DNA of 54,314 bases from a virus (taxonomy: Duplodnaviria > Caudoviricetes). The stretch is taken from positions 1 through 54,314 of the IMG/VR virus record IMGVR_UViG_3300002145_000153; one strand, given 5' to 3'. The notes below the pieces were generated by a model, which saw only the letters and a list, made by a program, of their open reading frames with translations, made no database searches and was not told the origin of the DNA. Both the position numbers and the translations under genes were made by a program. Shown one piece after another: positions 37,936-47,686 of the stretch (the first letter of the stretch is position 1; the number at the start of each line of letters is the position of its first letter).

Positions 37936-38083
37936 CGAAAAACAAGTACTAGCAGAATTTTATACCGATGTAGTGAAACAATGTAAAGAAGAAGGTTTGA
38001 CAGACGAGGAACTAAAAGAACTCGAAACCCCTCTAAAAAATTTCGCACAGGCATTATTAAAGGCAAGTAAAAAGAATGGTTAA
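37925..38083 (+). CDS. Small hypothetical protein (52 aa)
   Basis: AGGA RBS; fills the gap before nrdB. Confidence 0.45.
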   Translation: MENNEKQVLAEFYTDVVKQCKEEGLTDEELKELETPLKNFAQALLKASKKNG

Positions 38084-39059
38084 GAAGAAATTACGGTTAA
38101 CAGATGAGAGATCATATTTTCGCCCATTTCAATATGAATGGGCGTATGGAGCTTGGCTAACACATGAGCAAGCGCACTGGATTTTTTCAGAAGTACCGAT
38201 GGCTGAAGATGTTAAAGATTGGAAGAATAAACTATCAGATTCTGAAAAGAAGTTTCTGACGCACATCTTTAGATTCTTTACTCAGGGGGATATTGATGTT
38301 GCTGGTGGTTATGTAAAGAATTATCTACCACATTTTCCTCAACCTGAAGTTAGAATGATGCTAATGGGATTTGCTGCTAGAGAAGCAGTGCATATTGCTG
38401 CCTATAGTCATCTAATTGAAACTTTAGGTATGCCTGATACTACTTATAATGAATTTTTGAGTTATCAAGCAATGCGTGACAAGCATGAGTATTTCAATGA
38501 TCTTTCGATGAATACTGGTACAAAGGAATCTATTGCTACTAATATTGCTGCGTTCTCTGCATTCACCGAGGGTATGCAGTTGTTTTCATCGTTTATTATG
38601 TTATTAAACTTTCCTCGGCATGGACTAATGAAGGGTATGGGTCAAATAATTGGCTGGTCAATTTTGGATGAAACTATACACGCCGAATCTATGATTAAGT
38701 TGTTTAGAACCTACATTGAAGAAAACCGTGAGATTTGGAATGATAATCTTAAGGGGCAAATTTATACTATTGCTACAAAGATGGTTGATCTAGAAGATAA
38801 GTTTATTGATCTGGCTTTCGATATGGGAGAGATGCCCAATCTTACTAGTGCAGATGTCAAACAATATATTCGCTACATTGCTGACAGACGTCTTATTTCT
38901 CTGGGGCTTAAAGGTATCTTTAAAGTAAAAAAGAATCCTTTACCGTGGGTTGAGGAAATTATAAATGCTCCTACTCATACTAATTTCTTTGAATCAAGAG
39001 CAACAGATTATGCTAAAGGAGCCTTAACTGGTGATTGGGCAGATATTTGGGCAGCATGA
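38076..39059 (+). CDS. nrdB: Ribonucleotide reductase beta subunit
   Basis: FFTQGD, EAVH..Y, EGMQLF, DETIH, NFFE. Confidence 0.96.
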   Translation: MVKKKLRLTDERSYFRPFQYEWAYGAWLTHEQAHWIFSEVPMAEDVKDWKNKLSDSEKKFLTHIFRFFTQGDIDVAGGYVKNYLPHFPQPEVRMMLMGFAAREAVHIAAYSHLIETLGMPDTTYNEFLSYQAMRDKHEYFNDLSMNTGTKESIATNIAAFSAFTEGMQLFSSFIMLLNFPRHGLMKGMGQIIGWSILDETIHAESMIKLFRTYIEENREIWNDNLKGQIYTIATKMVDLEDKFIDLAFDMGEMPNLTSADVKQYIRYIADRRLISLGLKGIFKVKKNPLPWVEEIINAPTHTNFFESRATDYAKGALTGDWADIWAA

Positions 39060-39135
39060 TAAATAATATGATAACTATGAAATAGATTATCCTCCATGAT
39101 TTTCGTTATATTTTTAAAACAAATAGAGGAAAATC

Positions 39136-39642
39136 ATGGATCCAATTACCATAATGGCAACAGTAACTGCTGCCTTTAATGGAATTAAGAAGGCAGTAGA
39201 ATTAGGTAGAGAAGCTCAAGATATCTTTGGGCAACTAGGAAAATGGGCAGAGGGTGCGGGTCAACTTTCTGCCTACATTAACGCAAATAAAAACAGAAAA
39301 CCAAGTATATTTTCTAGTCTTAAATTTGGTAAAAGTGCAACATCAGAAGCAATGGATATGATTGCTGCTGAAGCTAAACTTAGAGAAATGGAAAAAGAAA
39401 TACGTGTTTTGTTTTACTACGGTCCGCTACAAAGTATGGGTGCCGATGGATATAGAGAGTTTATTCTTCTCAGAAGGAAAATAAAAGCAGAACGCGAAAA
39501 AATAATCATTGATCAAATGGAAAGAAGAAAAAGTTTTTTCATTAATAGTTTGTATATAATTGCTCTGTGTGGAGTTCTAATAGCATTAGGTTATGTTTGT
39601 GCAATCACATACCAGATGGGCGTTGATGCGGGAAAATGGTAG
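39136..39642 (+). CDS. Hypothetical protein with C-terminal TM helix
   Basis: MDPIT N-terminus; hydrophobic C-terminus. Confidence 0.7.
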   Translation: MDPITIMATVTAAFNGIKKAVELGREAQDIFGQLGKWAEGAGQLSAYINANKNRKPSIFSSLKFGKSATSEAMDMIAAEAKLREMEKEIRVLFYYGPLQSMGADGYREFILLRRKIKAEREKIIIDQMERRKSFFINSLYIIALCGVLIALGYVCAITYQMGVDAGKW

Positions 39643-39646
39643 TATA

Positions 39647-39844
39647 ATGAATTATTCTGAAATAAGATATGAAATATGTAAGCATTGTGAACATTTTAGT
39701 AAGATGCTTAAGATTTGTAAAAAATGTGGTTGTTTCATGCCTGGTAAAGTATTAATGAAAAACACCAGATGCCCTATGAATAAATGGGTTGAAATTAGTG
39801 ACAGTAGAAGTTCTGATAATACATGCTGTCAGGAGAAAAAATAA
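39647..39844 (+). CDS. Small Cys-rich protein
   Basis: CKHC..CKKCGCF..CP..KW. Confidence 0.7.
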   Translation: MNYSEIRYEICKHCEHFSKMLKICKKCGCFMPGKVLMKNTRCPMNKWVEISDSRSSDNTCCQEKK

Positions 39845-40006
39845 GTGTCAAGAAAAGGTTACGAATGCTTTAGTTGTGATGCCGCATTTAAACTTTCGCA
39901 TGATTTGGATGATGGTTACTATAAGGTAACCTATTGTCCATTTTGTGGAGAAGAGTTAACTGACGAGCAAGAATTTTCTTTTTATGATGAAGAAGAAGAT
40001 TCATAA
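39845..40006 (+). CDS. Small zinc-ribbon protein
   Basis: GTG start; CFSC..CPFCG; acidic tail. Confidence 0.65.
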   Translation: MSRKGYECFSCDAAFKLSHDLDDGYYKVTYCPFCGEELTDEQEFSFYDEEEDS

Positions 40007-40025
40007 ATACCTCAAAGGGGTAATT

Positions 40026-40439
40026 ATGGATTGGTTATACAATGGGCAAATTTTCACGAACCCTACTTCAGAAGATGTGGGGTTTGTTTATCTTATAACC
40101 TGCATACCTACTGGTAAAAAGTATATAGGTAAGAAACTGTTTTGGAGTTCTAAAACAAGACAGATCAAAGGTAAAAAGAAACGTTTCAAGGTAGAATCTG
40201 ATTGGCAAAAGTATTGGTCATCCTCTGATGAACTAAAAGCAGATGTGCAAAGATTGGGTCCAGAAAACTTTCGCCGTACTATTCTTTACATATGCAAAAG
40301 CAAGGGAGAAGCAAACTATCTCGAAGCTCGGGAACAATTCGTGCAGGGCGTGCTGGAGTATCCTGATCTTTGGTATAATGGTTGGATCATTGTCAAAGTA
40401 TCCTCCTCACATATCAAACGTCTACAAGTAAAACTCTAA
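40026..40439 (+). CDS. denA: GIY-YIG endonuclease II-like
   Basis: GFVY..KKYIGKK..ESDW..YWSS..E..YNGWI. Confidence 0.8.
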   Translation: MDWLYNGQIFTNPTSEDVGFVYLITCIPTGKKYIGKKLFWSSKTRQIKGKKKRFKVESDWQKYWSSSDELKADVQRLGPENFRRTILYICKSKGEANYLEAREQFVQGVLEYPDLWYNGWIIVKVSSSHIKRLQVKL

Positions 40440-40707
40440 TAAAATCAATGAGTTAGCGACGCCTAAGAAAAAGCTTGACATCTGGATCAGTTCATGTAAA
40501 ATGTAGTCATATTGTTGATAACAAGGATTTGTTGACATGGACTACTTCCCGCATTTCATGTGTGCAGAAGGTTCTTATATTTTGTGGCAGAAGGGGCACT
40601 ATCATTATGAAATCACTAAGCGGGCTCAGCCATTTGAACATGTGAAAACTATCATGAATTCTTGCTCAGAAGCAGTAAAAATCTTTAAAAATTTTAAGGG
40701 TTAGATT

Positions 40708-40929
40708 ATGAATAGAATCAAAGAGATAGTTGATGAGATTGAAGATATGTTGTATGATGGTTATACTGTCAATGAAGTTGCAAACAAATTGATAGTACCC
40801 CTTGATTGGGCACAAGAAGTCGAAACATTTTTGTTTCAGAAAGCAAACGAAGAATCCTTTGTAACTCAAGGAGTTACTGATGGTGAAAATCTTTCTATTA
40901 TCGAGGAGTTTAGTGATGATCTTTATTGA
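40708..40929 (+). CDS. Hypothetical protein
   Basis: 73-aa acidic ORF. Confidence 0.55.
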   Translation: MNRIKEIVDEIEDMLYDGYTVNEVANKLIVPLDWAQEVETFLFQKANEESFVTQGVTDGENLSIIEEFSDDLY

Positions 40930-41194
40930 TAGTGTTATGACTGACGCATCTAAAAAATGGTTGCGAGATACTCTGCATAATCAAGAGGTTATCGTAACTT
41001 TCAAAAAGAAAGATGGCACTATTCGAGACATGCGGTGTACTCTAAGTGAAAAACTCATACAACCATATGAGCGAAAAGAGAATTCTACACCCAAGCGTCA
41101 GGCTGACGACGTTCTACCAGTTTTTGATCTAGACAAAAATGAATGGCGCAGCTTTCGCCTTGATTCTGTTAAGAAAGTTGAGATATCAACCTAG
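40916..41194 (+). CDS. WYL-like/SH3-fold protein
   Basis: VTFKKKDGTIRDMRCTL..FDLDKNEWRSFR. Confidence 0.75.
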   Translation: MIFIDSVMTDASKKWLRDTLHNQEVIVTFKKKDGTIRDMRCTLSEKLIQPYERKENSTPKRQADDVLPVFDLDKNEWRSFRLDSVKKVEIST

Positions 41195-41291
41195 AAGTAC
41201 TGTAGAATCAATGATTTAGCGATGCATTAAAAATGCTTGACATTTGGTTCAGTCCCTGTATAATACCAGCATATTGTTTCGGATGAGGAAT

Positions 41292-42356
41292 ATGGCAAAG
41301 AAAGCGATTGTTGTGAATATGGGGTCTGAACCCGATGCTAAGTTGATTGTTGCAACGAATGATGACTATAGAATTCGTCTTGCTTCGACATTCAATTGGT
41401 ACAATCTAGAAAAAGAGCGTAAAGATGCTCGAAAGTACCTTACTGATTTTGCAAACCAGCAAGGTGTCGATATCTCGTCAGCGTCTGATTCTGACATTAT
41501 TCCTACCTATGGATGGGTTGCGCGGATTGTGATGCGCGGAGCGGTCATATCTGAAAATGACATGAAAAAGCTTACCAATCATGTGCAAAAAATTGCTGGT
41601 CGCAATCAAAAAGTAACTGTCACATCTGAGCAAACTAATCGCTTTTCCATACAAGAAGCAATTAACAATAAAGTGCAGGAATATCTAGGTGAACTAGAGG
41701 GTGTTCTTGACGAGTTGTTTCTGGGTAAACTTAAAGAGTTTGATCTTGCAAAAAACATGCAAGAGAAGCAGTTGCCCAAGCAAGCGGTGCCCATCGTCGA
41801 GTCATGGGTTAAGATGAAGATCAAGGAATTTGTAGAGGTTTACGAAAATAAAGAAGTTGCTGAGACTTATATTCGTAGTCGCAAAGAGATAGCGGCTCTG
41901 CTGAAAGCTCTCGGTACCTTTATTCCCTCATTGAGTAAATTCTCTGAGATCAAGAAGGCGAATCGTAAGCCGCGCAAGCGCAAGGCAAAACCTGCTGCTC
42001 AGCAGATTAAAAGCATGAAGTACAAGAAGTCAGATGATGAATTGAAAATTAGTTCTGTCATTGCAACTGATATTGTCGGTGCAGCTCAAGTATGGGTGTA
42101 CAATACAAAGACGCGAAAGCTAGCAGTATACAAAACTGAAAGTGCAGCTGGCATTCAGGTTAAAGGTAGTACTCTGCAAAATTATGAACCAGAACTTTCT
42201 TCTCAAAAAACTCTACGCAAACCCGAAACACAGTTAACGGATCTTGTCAACGCTGGCAAGGTTCAATTGAGAAAATTTATGGATAATATTAAGGCGAAAG
42301 CTCAACCAGTACGCGGTAGAATGAATGCCGATACACTAATCGTGAGGGTAGTATGA
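41292..42356 (+). CDS. Conserved T4-like hypothetical protein
   Basis: VYNTKTRKL..VKGSTL..KTLRKP..GRMN. Confidence 0.75.
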   Translation: MAKKAIVVNMGSEPDAKLIVATNDDYRIRLASTFNWYNLEKERKDARKYLTDFANQQGVDISSASDSDIIPTYGWVARIVMRGAVISENDMKKLTNHVQKIAGRNQKVTVTSEQTNRFSIQEAINNKVQEYLGELEGVLDELFLGKLKEFDLAKNMQEKQLPKQAVPIVESWVKMKIKEFVEVYENKEVAETYIRSRKEIAALLKALGTFIPSLSKFSEIKKANRKPRKRKAKPAAQQIKSMKYKKSDDELKISSVIATDIVGAAQVWVYNTKTRKLAVYKTESAAGIQVKGSTLQNYEPELSSQKTLRKPETQLTDLVNAGKVQLRKFMDNIKAKAQPVRGRMNADTLIVRVV

Positions 42357-43228
42357 TAGTTGTAGATTATAGCCAGACTGCAATCTCTAATCTAATGGCA
42401 GAGATTGGTGGAAAAAAGAATATAGATATTAACGTGCCACTATTGCGGCATATGATTATTAATTCAATCAGAGGGTATAAACAGAAATTTGGCTCGAATT
42501 TTGGTAATATTGTTCTTGCTTGTGATAATAAAAATTACTGGCGTAAATCAGTCTTCCCCTATTACAAAGCACACAGAAAGCGCGACAGAGATAACTCAGG
42601 TCTTGACTGGAAAACAATCTTCGAGGCGCTGAATCTCATTCGTGAGGAGATCAGTCAGTTCTTTCCATACAGTGTACTCAATGTCGATGGTGCGGAGGCA
42701 GATGATATCATCGCCGTTCTTGCTGAATGGTCACAGACAAACGATCAAAAAGTAACTGTGTTTGACTCTGAACCTAAACCAATGCTGATCATTTCTGGTG
42801 ATCATGACTTCTATCAGTTGCAAAAGTATTCTAATGTGCAACAGTACAGTCCGATTCAGAAAAAGATGTTAAAGATTAATAAATCCCCAAAAGAATATGT
42901 CTTTGAACATATCATCAAGGGTGATACTGGTGATGGGGTTCCGAATGTGCTCTCAGCAGATGATTCTATTTTTGCTGGTGAACGTCAAAAGCCTATTACA
43001 GCAAAACGTCTGGCAGAGTGGAGAAAGAAACTACCTGAAGATGATACCTTTCAGCGAAACTTTCAACGTAACAAAGTGATGGTTGATCTGACAATGATTC
43101 CTACTGAGATCAAGAACAACATCATAAATACTTTTATTTCACAACCACAAAAAGACAGAAGCAATCTTATCAACTATTTCATGGCAAATAAGATGAAGCA
43201 GATGTTAGAATGTGTGCAGGAGTTCTGA
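42353..43228 (+). CDS. rnh: RNase H / 5'-3' exonuclease
   Basis: YKAHR, EADDII, SGDHDF, GDTGDGVPN. Confidence 0.93.
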   Translation: MIVVDYSQTAISNLMAEIGGKKNIDINVPLLRHMIINSIRGYKQKFGSNFGNIVLACDNKNYWRKSVFPYYKAHRKRDRDNSGLDWKTIFEALNLIREEISQFFPYSVLNVDGAEADDIIAVLAEWSQTNDQKVTVFDSEPKPMLIISGDHDFYQLQKYSNVQQYSPIQKKMLKINKSPKEYVFEHIIKGDTGDGVPNVLSADDSIFAGERQKPITAKRLAEWRKKLPEDDTFQRNFQRNKVMVDLTMIPTEIKNNIINTFISQPQKDRSNLINYFMANKMKQMLECVQEF

Positions 43229-43229
43229 T

Positions 43230-43757
43230 ATGAGATTACTATTACCCGAAATTTTTGACCGAGTTGAAAAGGCTGCAACAGTAGAGGAACGTAAAAAAAT
43301 TCTTCTACAAAATAACAATCCCGTACTACAAGATGTATTAAGATTTAACTTTCATCCTCAAGCTAAGGCAAATCTACCAGAAGGCGCCCCGCCATATAAA
43401 CGAGAGCAGGATATTCCTCTGGGGTATAGTGCAAGTAATCTATATAAAGAGGCACGAAAGTTCTACATTTGGTATCAACCAATAAATCTAAACAAGATTA
43501 AATTAGAGGCTCTTTTTATTCAATTGTTGGAATGTATTCATTGGCAAGAGGCAGATATTGTCATTGCAATGAAGGACAAAAAGTTATCCACAATTTACAA
43601 AAATGTTACCGAAGATTTGATTCGTGAAGTATATCCCCAAATGTTGCCACCACGTGATCAAATGCCAGTTCAGGAGGCCTCCGTTACGGAGGAGCCTAAA
43701 AGAAAACGTGGTCGCCCAGCTAAAGCGAAAACTGAAACTGTTACTGAACAAGTATAA
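43230..43757 (+). CDS. Conserved hypothetical protein (DUF6433-like)
   Basis: LPEGAPPY..FIQLLE.IH..EA..KDKKL; AT-hook-like KRGRP. Confidence 0.7.
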   Translation: MRLLLPEIFDRVEKAATVEERKKILLQNNNPVLQDVLRFNFHPQAKANLPEGAPPYKREQDIPLGYSASNLYKEARKFYIWYQPINLNKIKLEALFIQLLECIHWQEADIVIAMKDKKLSTIYKNVTEDLIREVYPQMLPPRDQMPVQEASVTEEPKRKRGRPAKAKTETVTEQV

Positions 43758-43776
43758 TTGAGGAAGGAATTATATT

Positions 43777-44049
43777 ATGAGCAAAGTTCTATCCAATCCA
43801 GCCGACAAGAAAGCCATTCGAGATGCACTACGTGAGATCTCGGGAGCATTGACTCGAATCGAAAGTGAACGCACTTTAATTAGTGAAGCAATCAAGAACG
43901 TGGCTGAGAAGTATGAAATTCCTAAGAAGACTTTTCGGCGCATGGCTAAGGTGTATCACAAGCAAAACTTCAATGAGGAACAGGAAACCCACCAAGAGTT
44001 TGAACTTCTCTATGAGACAGTTATGACTACTGGTGCACCAGATGCTTAA
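43777..44049 (+). CDS. dsbA: Double-stranded DNA binding protein
   Basis: EIS..TRIESER..RRMAKVYHKQNF; near rnh. Confidence 0.8.
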   Translation: MSKVLSNPADKKAIRDALREISGALTRIESERTLISEAIKNVAEKYEIPKKTFRRMAKVYHKQNFNEEQETHQEFELLYETVMTTGAPDA

Positions 44050-44230
44050 TACAACTATCTTTATTGTCGAAGCCATGCTGATAGATTCTCTCAATCGAGT
44101 AAAAAAGTCCCGAATCATCGGAGTCTGGCGCGCACTTGAGGATGTTCCTGTGGATAAGATTCGTCGCGCAAATGAGATCGCTCATCCAGACAAAAAAGTA
44201 ATGGTGAAAATTCATCCATACACGCAATGA
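44042..44230 (+). CDS. Hypothetical protein
   Basis: Overlaps dsbA stop. Confidence 0.45.
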   Translation: MLNTTIFIVEAMLIDSLNRVKKSRIIGVWRALEDVPVDKIRRANEIAHPDKKVMVKIHPYTQ

Positions 44231-44233
44231 TCG

Positions 44234-44399
44234 TAATCTATTGATTTTAAAGGACTTTTTCAGAACTAAAAAGTACTGGTAAATCAATGAGTTATAGAAA
44301 TTTGGGCGCCACAGAGCGGTTCTGGGGTCGCTGCTGTGCACTAGGCCACTGAAAAATTTTGCCTAAAAGGCTTGACATTTAGTTCAGTCCCTGTATAAT
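44234..44399 (+). repeat. IHF-pair / GC-box / promoter module
   Basis: 61-bp core is the reverse complement of 23109-23169; GGGCGCCACAGAGCGGTTCTG; TTGACA-16-TATAAT. Confidence 0.8.
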
Positions 44400-44429
44400 G
44401 TGGTTATACATTGAACAACGAGAGCAACA

Positions 44430-44630
44430 GTGAAGACCAAGTATACTATGTACATCTACAAGACGGACCGTCGTACCAAGAGCGGAGAGCGGTTAGTGAG
44501 TACCACTGTGTGGGCAGATCGAGACGATGCATGCATGCAACGAGAAGTAAACGAGCTCTATGGTAACCTGTATCCTCGTAAGCTCTTCCGCATTGAGTTT
44601 GTGGCTACTAGCCCATTGATTTGCCAGTAG
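44430..44630 (+). CDS. Early hypothetical protein
   Basis: IYKTDRRTKSGERL motif. Confidence 0.65.
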   Translation: MKTKYTMYIYKTDRRTKSGERLVSTTVWADRDDACMQREVNELYGNLYPRKLFRIEFVATSPLICQ

Positions 44631-44711
44631 TTTTTTTCGGTAAAAAAGGCTTGACATTTAGTTCAGTCCCTGTATAATACCAGCATAAGTTGACGACACA
44701 AGGAGATCGGA

Positions 44712-45119
44712 ATGGCTTACGTTAGTAAAGAACTGAAGGCAAGATTGGCTCCTCAAATTAAGGCAATTTGCAAGAAATACGGTGTCAAGGCTTCTCTGGC
44801 AGTGCGGCATCACAGTACTCTGGTGCTCAACGTCAAGAGCGGAACACTTGATTTCTTTGAGGAATTTGCAAGGGGTGAAGATGCTCGGAAATTCGGAATT
44901 TCCGAGCATGCTCGGAAATTCGGTATTCAAGTCAACCCCTATCACTATGAGAAACATTTCACTGGTAACTCATTGAAATTTCTCACAGAAGTGTTTACTG
45001 CAATGAATGACGGTAATCATGACCGTAGTGATATTCAGACCGACTACTTTGATGTTGGCTGGTACTCCGATGTTAACATCGGCAAGTGGGACAAACCTTA
45101 CGCATTGATTTCTAAGTAG
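44712..45119 (+). CDS. Early hypothetical protein (LPD29-like)
   Basis: DRSDIQTDYFDVGWY; promoter at 44651-44678. Confidence 0.7.
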   Translation: MAYVSKELKARLAPQIKAICKKYGVKASLAVRHHSTLVLNVKSGTLDFFEEFARGEDARKFGISEHARKFGIQVNPYHYEKHFTGNSLKFLTEVFTAMNDGNHDRSDIQTDYFDVGWYSDVNIGKWDKPYALISK

Positions 45120-45196
45120 TTTTTTCGGTAAAAAAGGCTTGACATTTAGTTCAGATCTTGTATAATGTGGTTATACATTGAACGGAGCAGGCAAAA

Positions 45197-45310
45197 ATGC
45201 GATACACCCTCGTTACTGCAAGTGGTAAAGTGATGCAATTTTTCATTCGCGAACTTGCTGAAATGTATCAGATTTTTGAGGGTGGTACTGTAGTCGAAGA
45301 AAAGGCTTGA
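45197..45310 (+). CDS. Small early protein (37 aa)
   Basis: Promoter at 45139-45166; GGAG RBS; MRYTLVTASGKVMQFF. Confidence 0.55.
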   Translation: MRYTLVTASGKVMQFFIRELAEMYQIFEGGTVVEEKA

Positions 45311-45363
45311 CATTTAGTTCAGATCTTGTATAATACTTAAACATTGACGACATAGGATTAGAG

Positions 45364-45552
45364 ATGAAAAAAGAACTTCTGAAGTTGGTCAAAGCTGCGA
45401 AGGCTCCGAAAGAAATGCTTAAGGAGGAATGGTTTAAGGAATTCTGCGAGAACTTTGCTAGCGTAATTCTGACTGAGGCAGAAGCTGAGTGTGAGAAAGA
45501 ATACCAAGTCGCTCTTGCGCAAAAAGAAGTAAAAAACTACGCAATCAACTAG
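45364..45552 (+). CDS. Hypothetical protein
   Basis: Promoter at 45307-45334; AGGA RBS. Confidence 0.6.
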   Translation: MKKELLKLVKAAKAPKEMLKEEWFKEFCENFASVILTEAEAECEKEYQVALAQKEVKNYAIN

Positions 45553-45560
45553 AGAATGAA

Positions 45561-45704
45561 ATGGCTAAGACCTTCAAACTGCGTGATCCTTATGCCCGCG
45601 AACTATTGACGAGCGGCAAATACAGACAACGAGTAGTGTCTCTGAAGAAAGTTTACAAGCGTAAGTATCGTACTCAAAAGGAAGCTCTGAATGAACTGCA
45701 ATGA
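45561..45704 (+). CDS. Small basic ArfA-like protein (47 aa)
   Basis: RDPYARELLTSGKYRQRVVSLKKVYKRK. Confidence 0.5.
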   Translation: MAKTFKLRDPYARELLTSGKYRQRVVSLKKVYKRKYRTQKEALNELQ

Positions 45705-46998
45705 TATTCTGGAAGCACTTGCTGCAACCTCCTCTCGTCTAGAGAAGGAAGCAATTCTGCGGAAGAATAATGATAATGCTGATCTAAAACAAGTGTTTTT
45801 CCTTGCTCTCAATCCGATGGTTAACTTCTACATTCGGAAGATACCAGAGTATACATCTCGTCCTGCTGCAGCTCGACCAATGACATTGAGCTGGGCTCTG
45901 TCAGAGCTGAATCGATTTTCTAGTCGTGAGATGACGGGTAATGCTGCCATCTCACATCTGCAAGTTGTACTTAGTTCATTAAAGGAGTGTGATGCTAGTG
46001 TCATTGAAAAAGTCATTAAGCGAGATCTGCGCTGCGGAGTATCAGAGGCAACAGCGAACAAGATTTGGAAGAATCTCGTCCCAGAATACCCCGTTATGCT
46101 GGCTTCCAGCTTCGACCAGAAAGCAGTTGACAAAATCAAATTCCCCGCCGTTGTCCAACACAAGTTGGATGGTATGCGCTTTAACGCAATCGTCAAAGAC
46201 GGTAAAGTAGAGTTTCGTTCGCGGAATGGTAAAGCAATTGATCTTCTTGGTGAGCTAGAAGAAGATTTTCTGCAATTGTTTCAGTTGCAACCAGGCAAGG
46301 GTATGGTGTATGATGGTGAACTGCTGGTGAAATCTGCAGCGGGGATTCTTGATCGCAAAACTGGCAATGGTATTCTAAATAAAGCGGTGAAGGGTACTAT
46401 CACCAAGAAGGAAGCTATTCTTGTTTGTGCGACACTCTGGGACATTATTCCTCAAGAAGATTTTGAGAAGGAAAAATGCTCTCTGACGTATAAGCAGCGA
46501 TTCTATGAGGGTCTTAAGGATGCTAAGTTCACACCTCGAGTCGGAATAGTTACTTCGCACGAGGTTAAGTCTCTGTCAGAAGCAAAAGATATCTTTCTCT
46601 CTTATCTAGAGTTAGGAGAAGAGGGTATCATTCTTAAGGATCTAAATGCACCATGGGAAGCGAAACGTGCAAAGCATCAAGTGAAATTTAAGGGTGAACT
46701 AGAGTGCGATCTAAAGTGCGTAGAGTGGGAAAAGGGTACTGGCAAGAACGCTAATCGCCTAGGTAATCTGATTCTTGAGTCAGCGGACGGTAAGATTTGC
46801 GTCTCCGTTGGCACGGGTTTCACCGATGCAGATCGAGATTCGATTAAACGCAAGGATGTAGTCGGTAAGATTATAGCAATCAAGTACAATGCTCGAATTC
46901 AGGATAAAAATGGTGGACCAGAGTCTCTGTTTCTTCCAGTGTTTTTAGAGATTCGGGAGGATAAAACAGAGGCTGATTCTGCAAAGGATATTAAATAA
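45691..46998 (+). CDS. 30: ATP-dependent DNA ligase (gp30)
   Basis: KLDGMR, DGEL, EEGIILK, VGTGF, LFLPVF..R.DK. Confidence 0.95.
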   Translation: MNCNDILEALAATSSRLEKEAILRKNNDNADLKQVFFLALNPMVNFYIRKIPEYTSRPAAARPMTLSWALSELNRFSSREMTGNAAISHLQVVLSSLKECDASVIEKVIKRDLRCGVSEATANKIWKNLVPEYPVMLASSFDQKAVDKIKFPAVVQHKLDGMRFNAIVKDGKVEFRSRNGKAIDLLGELEEDFLQLFQLQPGKGMVYDGELLVKSAAGILDRKTGNGILNKAVKGTITKKEAILVCATLWDIIPQEDFEKEKCSLTYKQRFYEGLKDAKFTPRVGIVTSHEVKSLSEAKDIFLSYLELGEEGIILKDLNAPWEAKRAKHQVKFKGELECDLKCVEWEKGTGKNANRLGNLILESADGKICVSVGTGFTDADRDSIKRKDVVGKIIAIKYNARIQDKNGGPESLFLPVFLEIREDKTEADSAKDIK

Positions 46999-47231
46999 TG
47001 GCCAGATGGAAGTATGTAGAAGTAGAAGTTGATCTGAATGAGTTTGATACTGATGATCTGATTGAGGAAATTGAGTCGCGTGGTTATGTTGTTTTAGGTG
47101 AAACTGAACTATCACCAGACGATGACGATGACCTTGAGCTGCGCAAAATTTACGATACCAAAAAAATCGGTGGCAATGTTGATCAACTACTTGCTGATTA
47201 TCTGTACAGAAAATTAGGTGTGATTCTTTAA
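46998..47231 (+). CDS. Hypothetical protein
   Basis: VDLNEFDTDDLIEEIESRG. Confidence 0.7.
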   Translation: MARWKYVEVEVDLNEFDTDDLIEEIESRGYVVLGETELSPDDDDDLELRKIYDTKKIGGNVDQLLADYLYRKLGVIL

Positions 47232-47237
47232 GGATAG

Positions 47238-47432
47238 ATGATGAAATCTGCACTAGACCAGATTGAAGATATGAAGTGGTACATTACTGATCCTCGCATG
47301 GATGGATTTTCTACATGGGGTAAAAAGCAGAAGTTATATCAAATCATGTGGGCCGCTCAGGACGCTCTCCAACGTTGTTCGACATTTCATGGTGAGGAAC
47401 AATGGGTCGAGGAAAATAAGCCGAAGCAGTAA
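47238..47432 (+). CDS. Hypothetical protein
   Basis: DPRMDGF..KQKLY..F.GE..W. Confidence 0.65.
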   Translation: MMKSALDQIEDMKWYITDPRMDGFSTWGKKQKLYQIMWAAQDALQRCSTFHGEEQWVEENKPKQ

Positions 47433-47650
47433 CCCATTGATTCTTAAGTAATTTTTTCTACTATAAAATCAATGAGTTACAGACAGTGGTTGTGGTGATG
47501 AGTAGTGCACTGTCGTCCACAGAACCGCTCTGTGGCGCCCGAATTTTTGTAACCCATTGATTCTAAAGCGTTTTTGTGGAAGCATGTGGAAGCAGAAACC
47601 ACTGAAAAATCAATAGGTTAGTAGAATCTAGGCGCCACAGAGCGGTTCTG
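47430..47650. repeat. Four IHF-consensus sites and a 20-bp inverted GC-box pair
   Basis: IRs at 47520-47539 and 47631-47650; IHF sites at 47430, 47467, 47550, 47608. Confidence 0.8.
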
Positions 47651-47686
47651 GGGACGCTGGTGACCTCCGATGCACTAAAACTGGGC

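Noticed and set aside
37306-38083. Mobile insertion splitting nrdA/nrdB
   Set aside because: nrdA ends normally (CLSCEG), nrdB is complete, and no endonuclease motif was recognised
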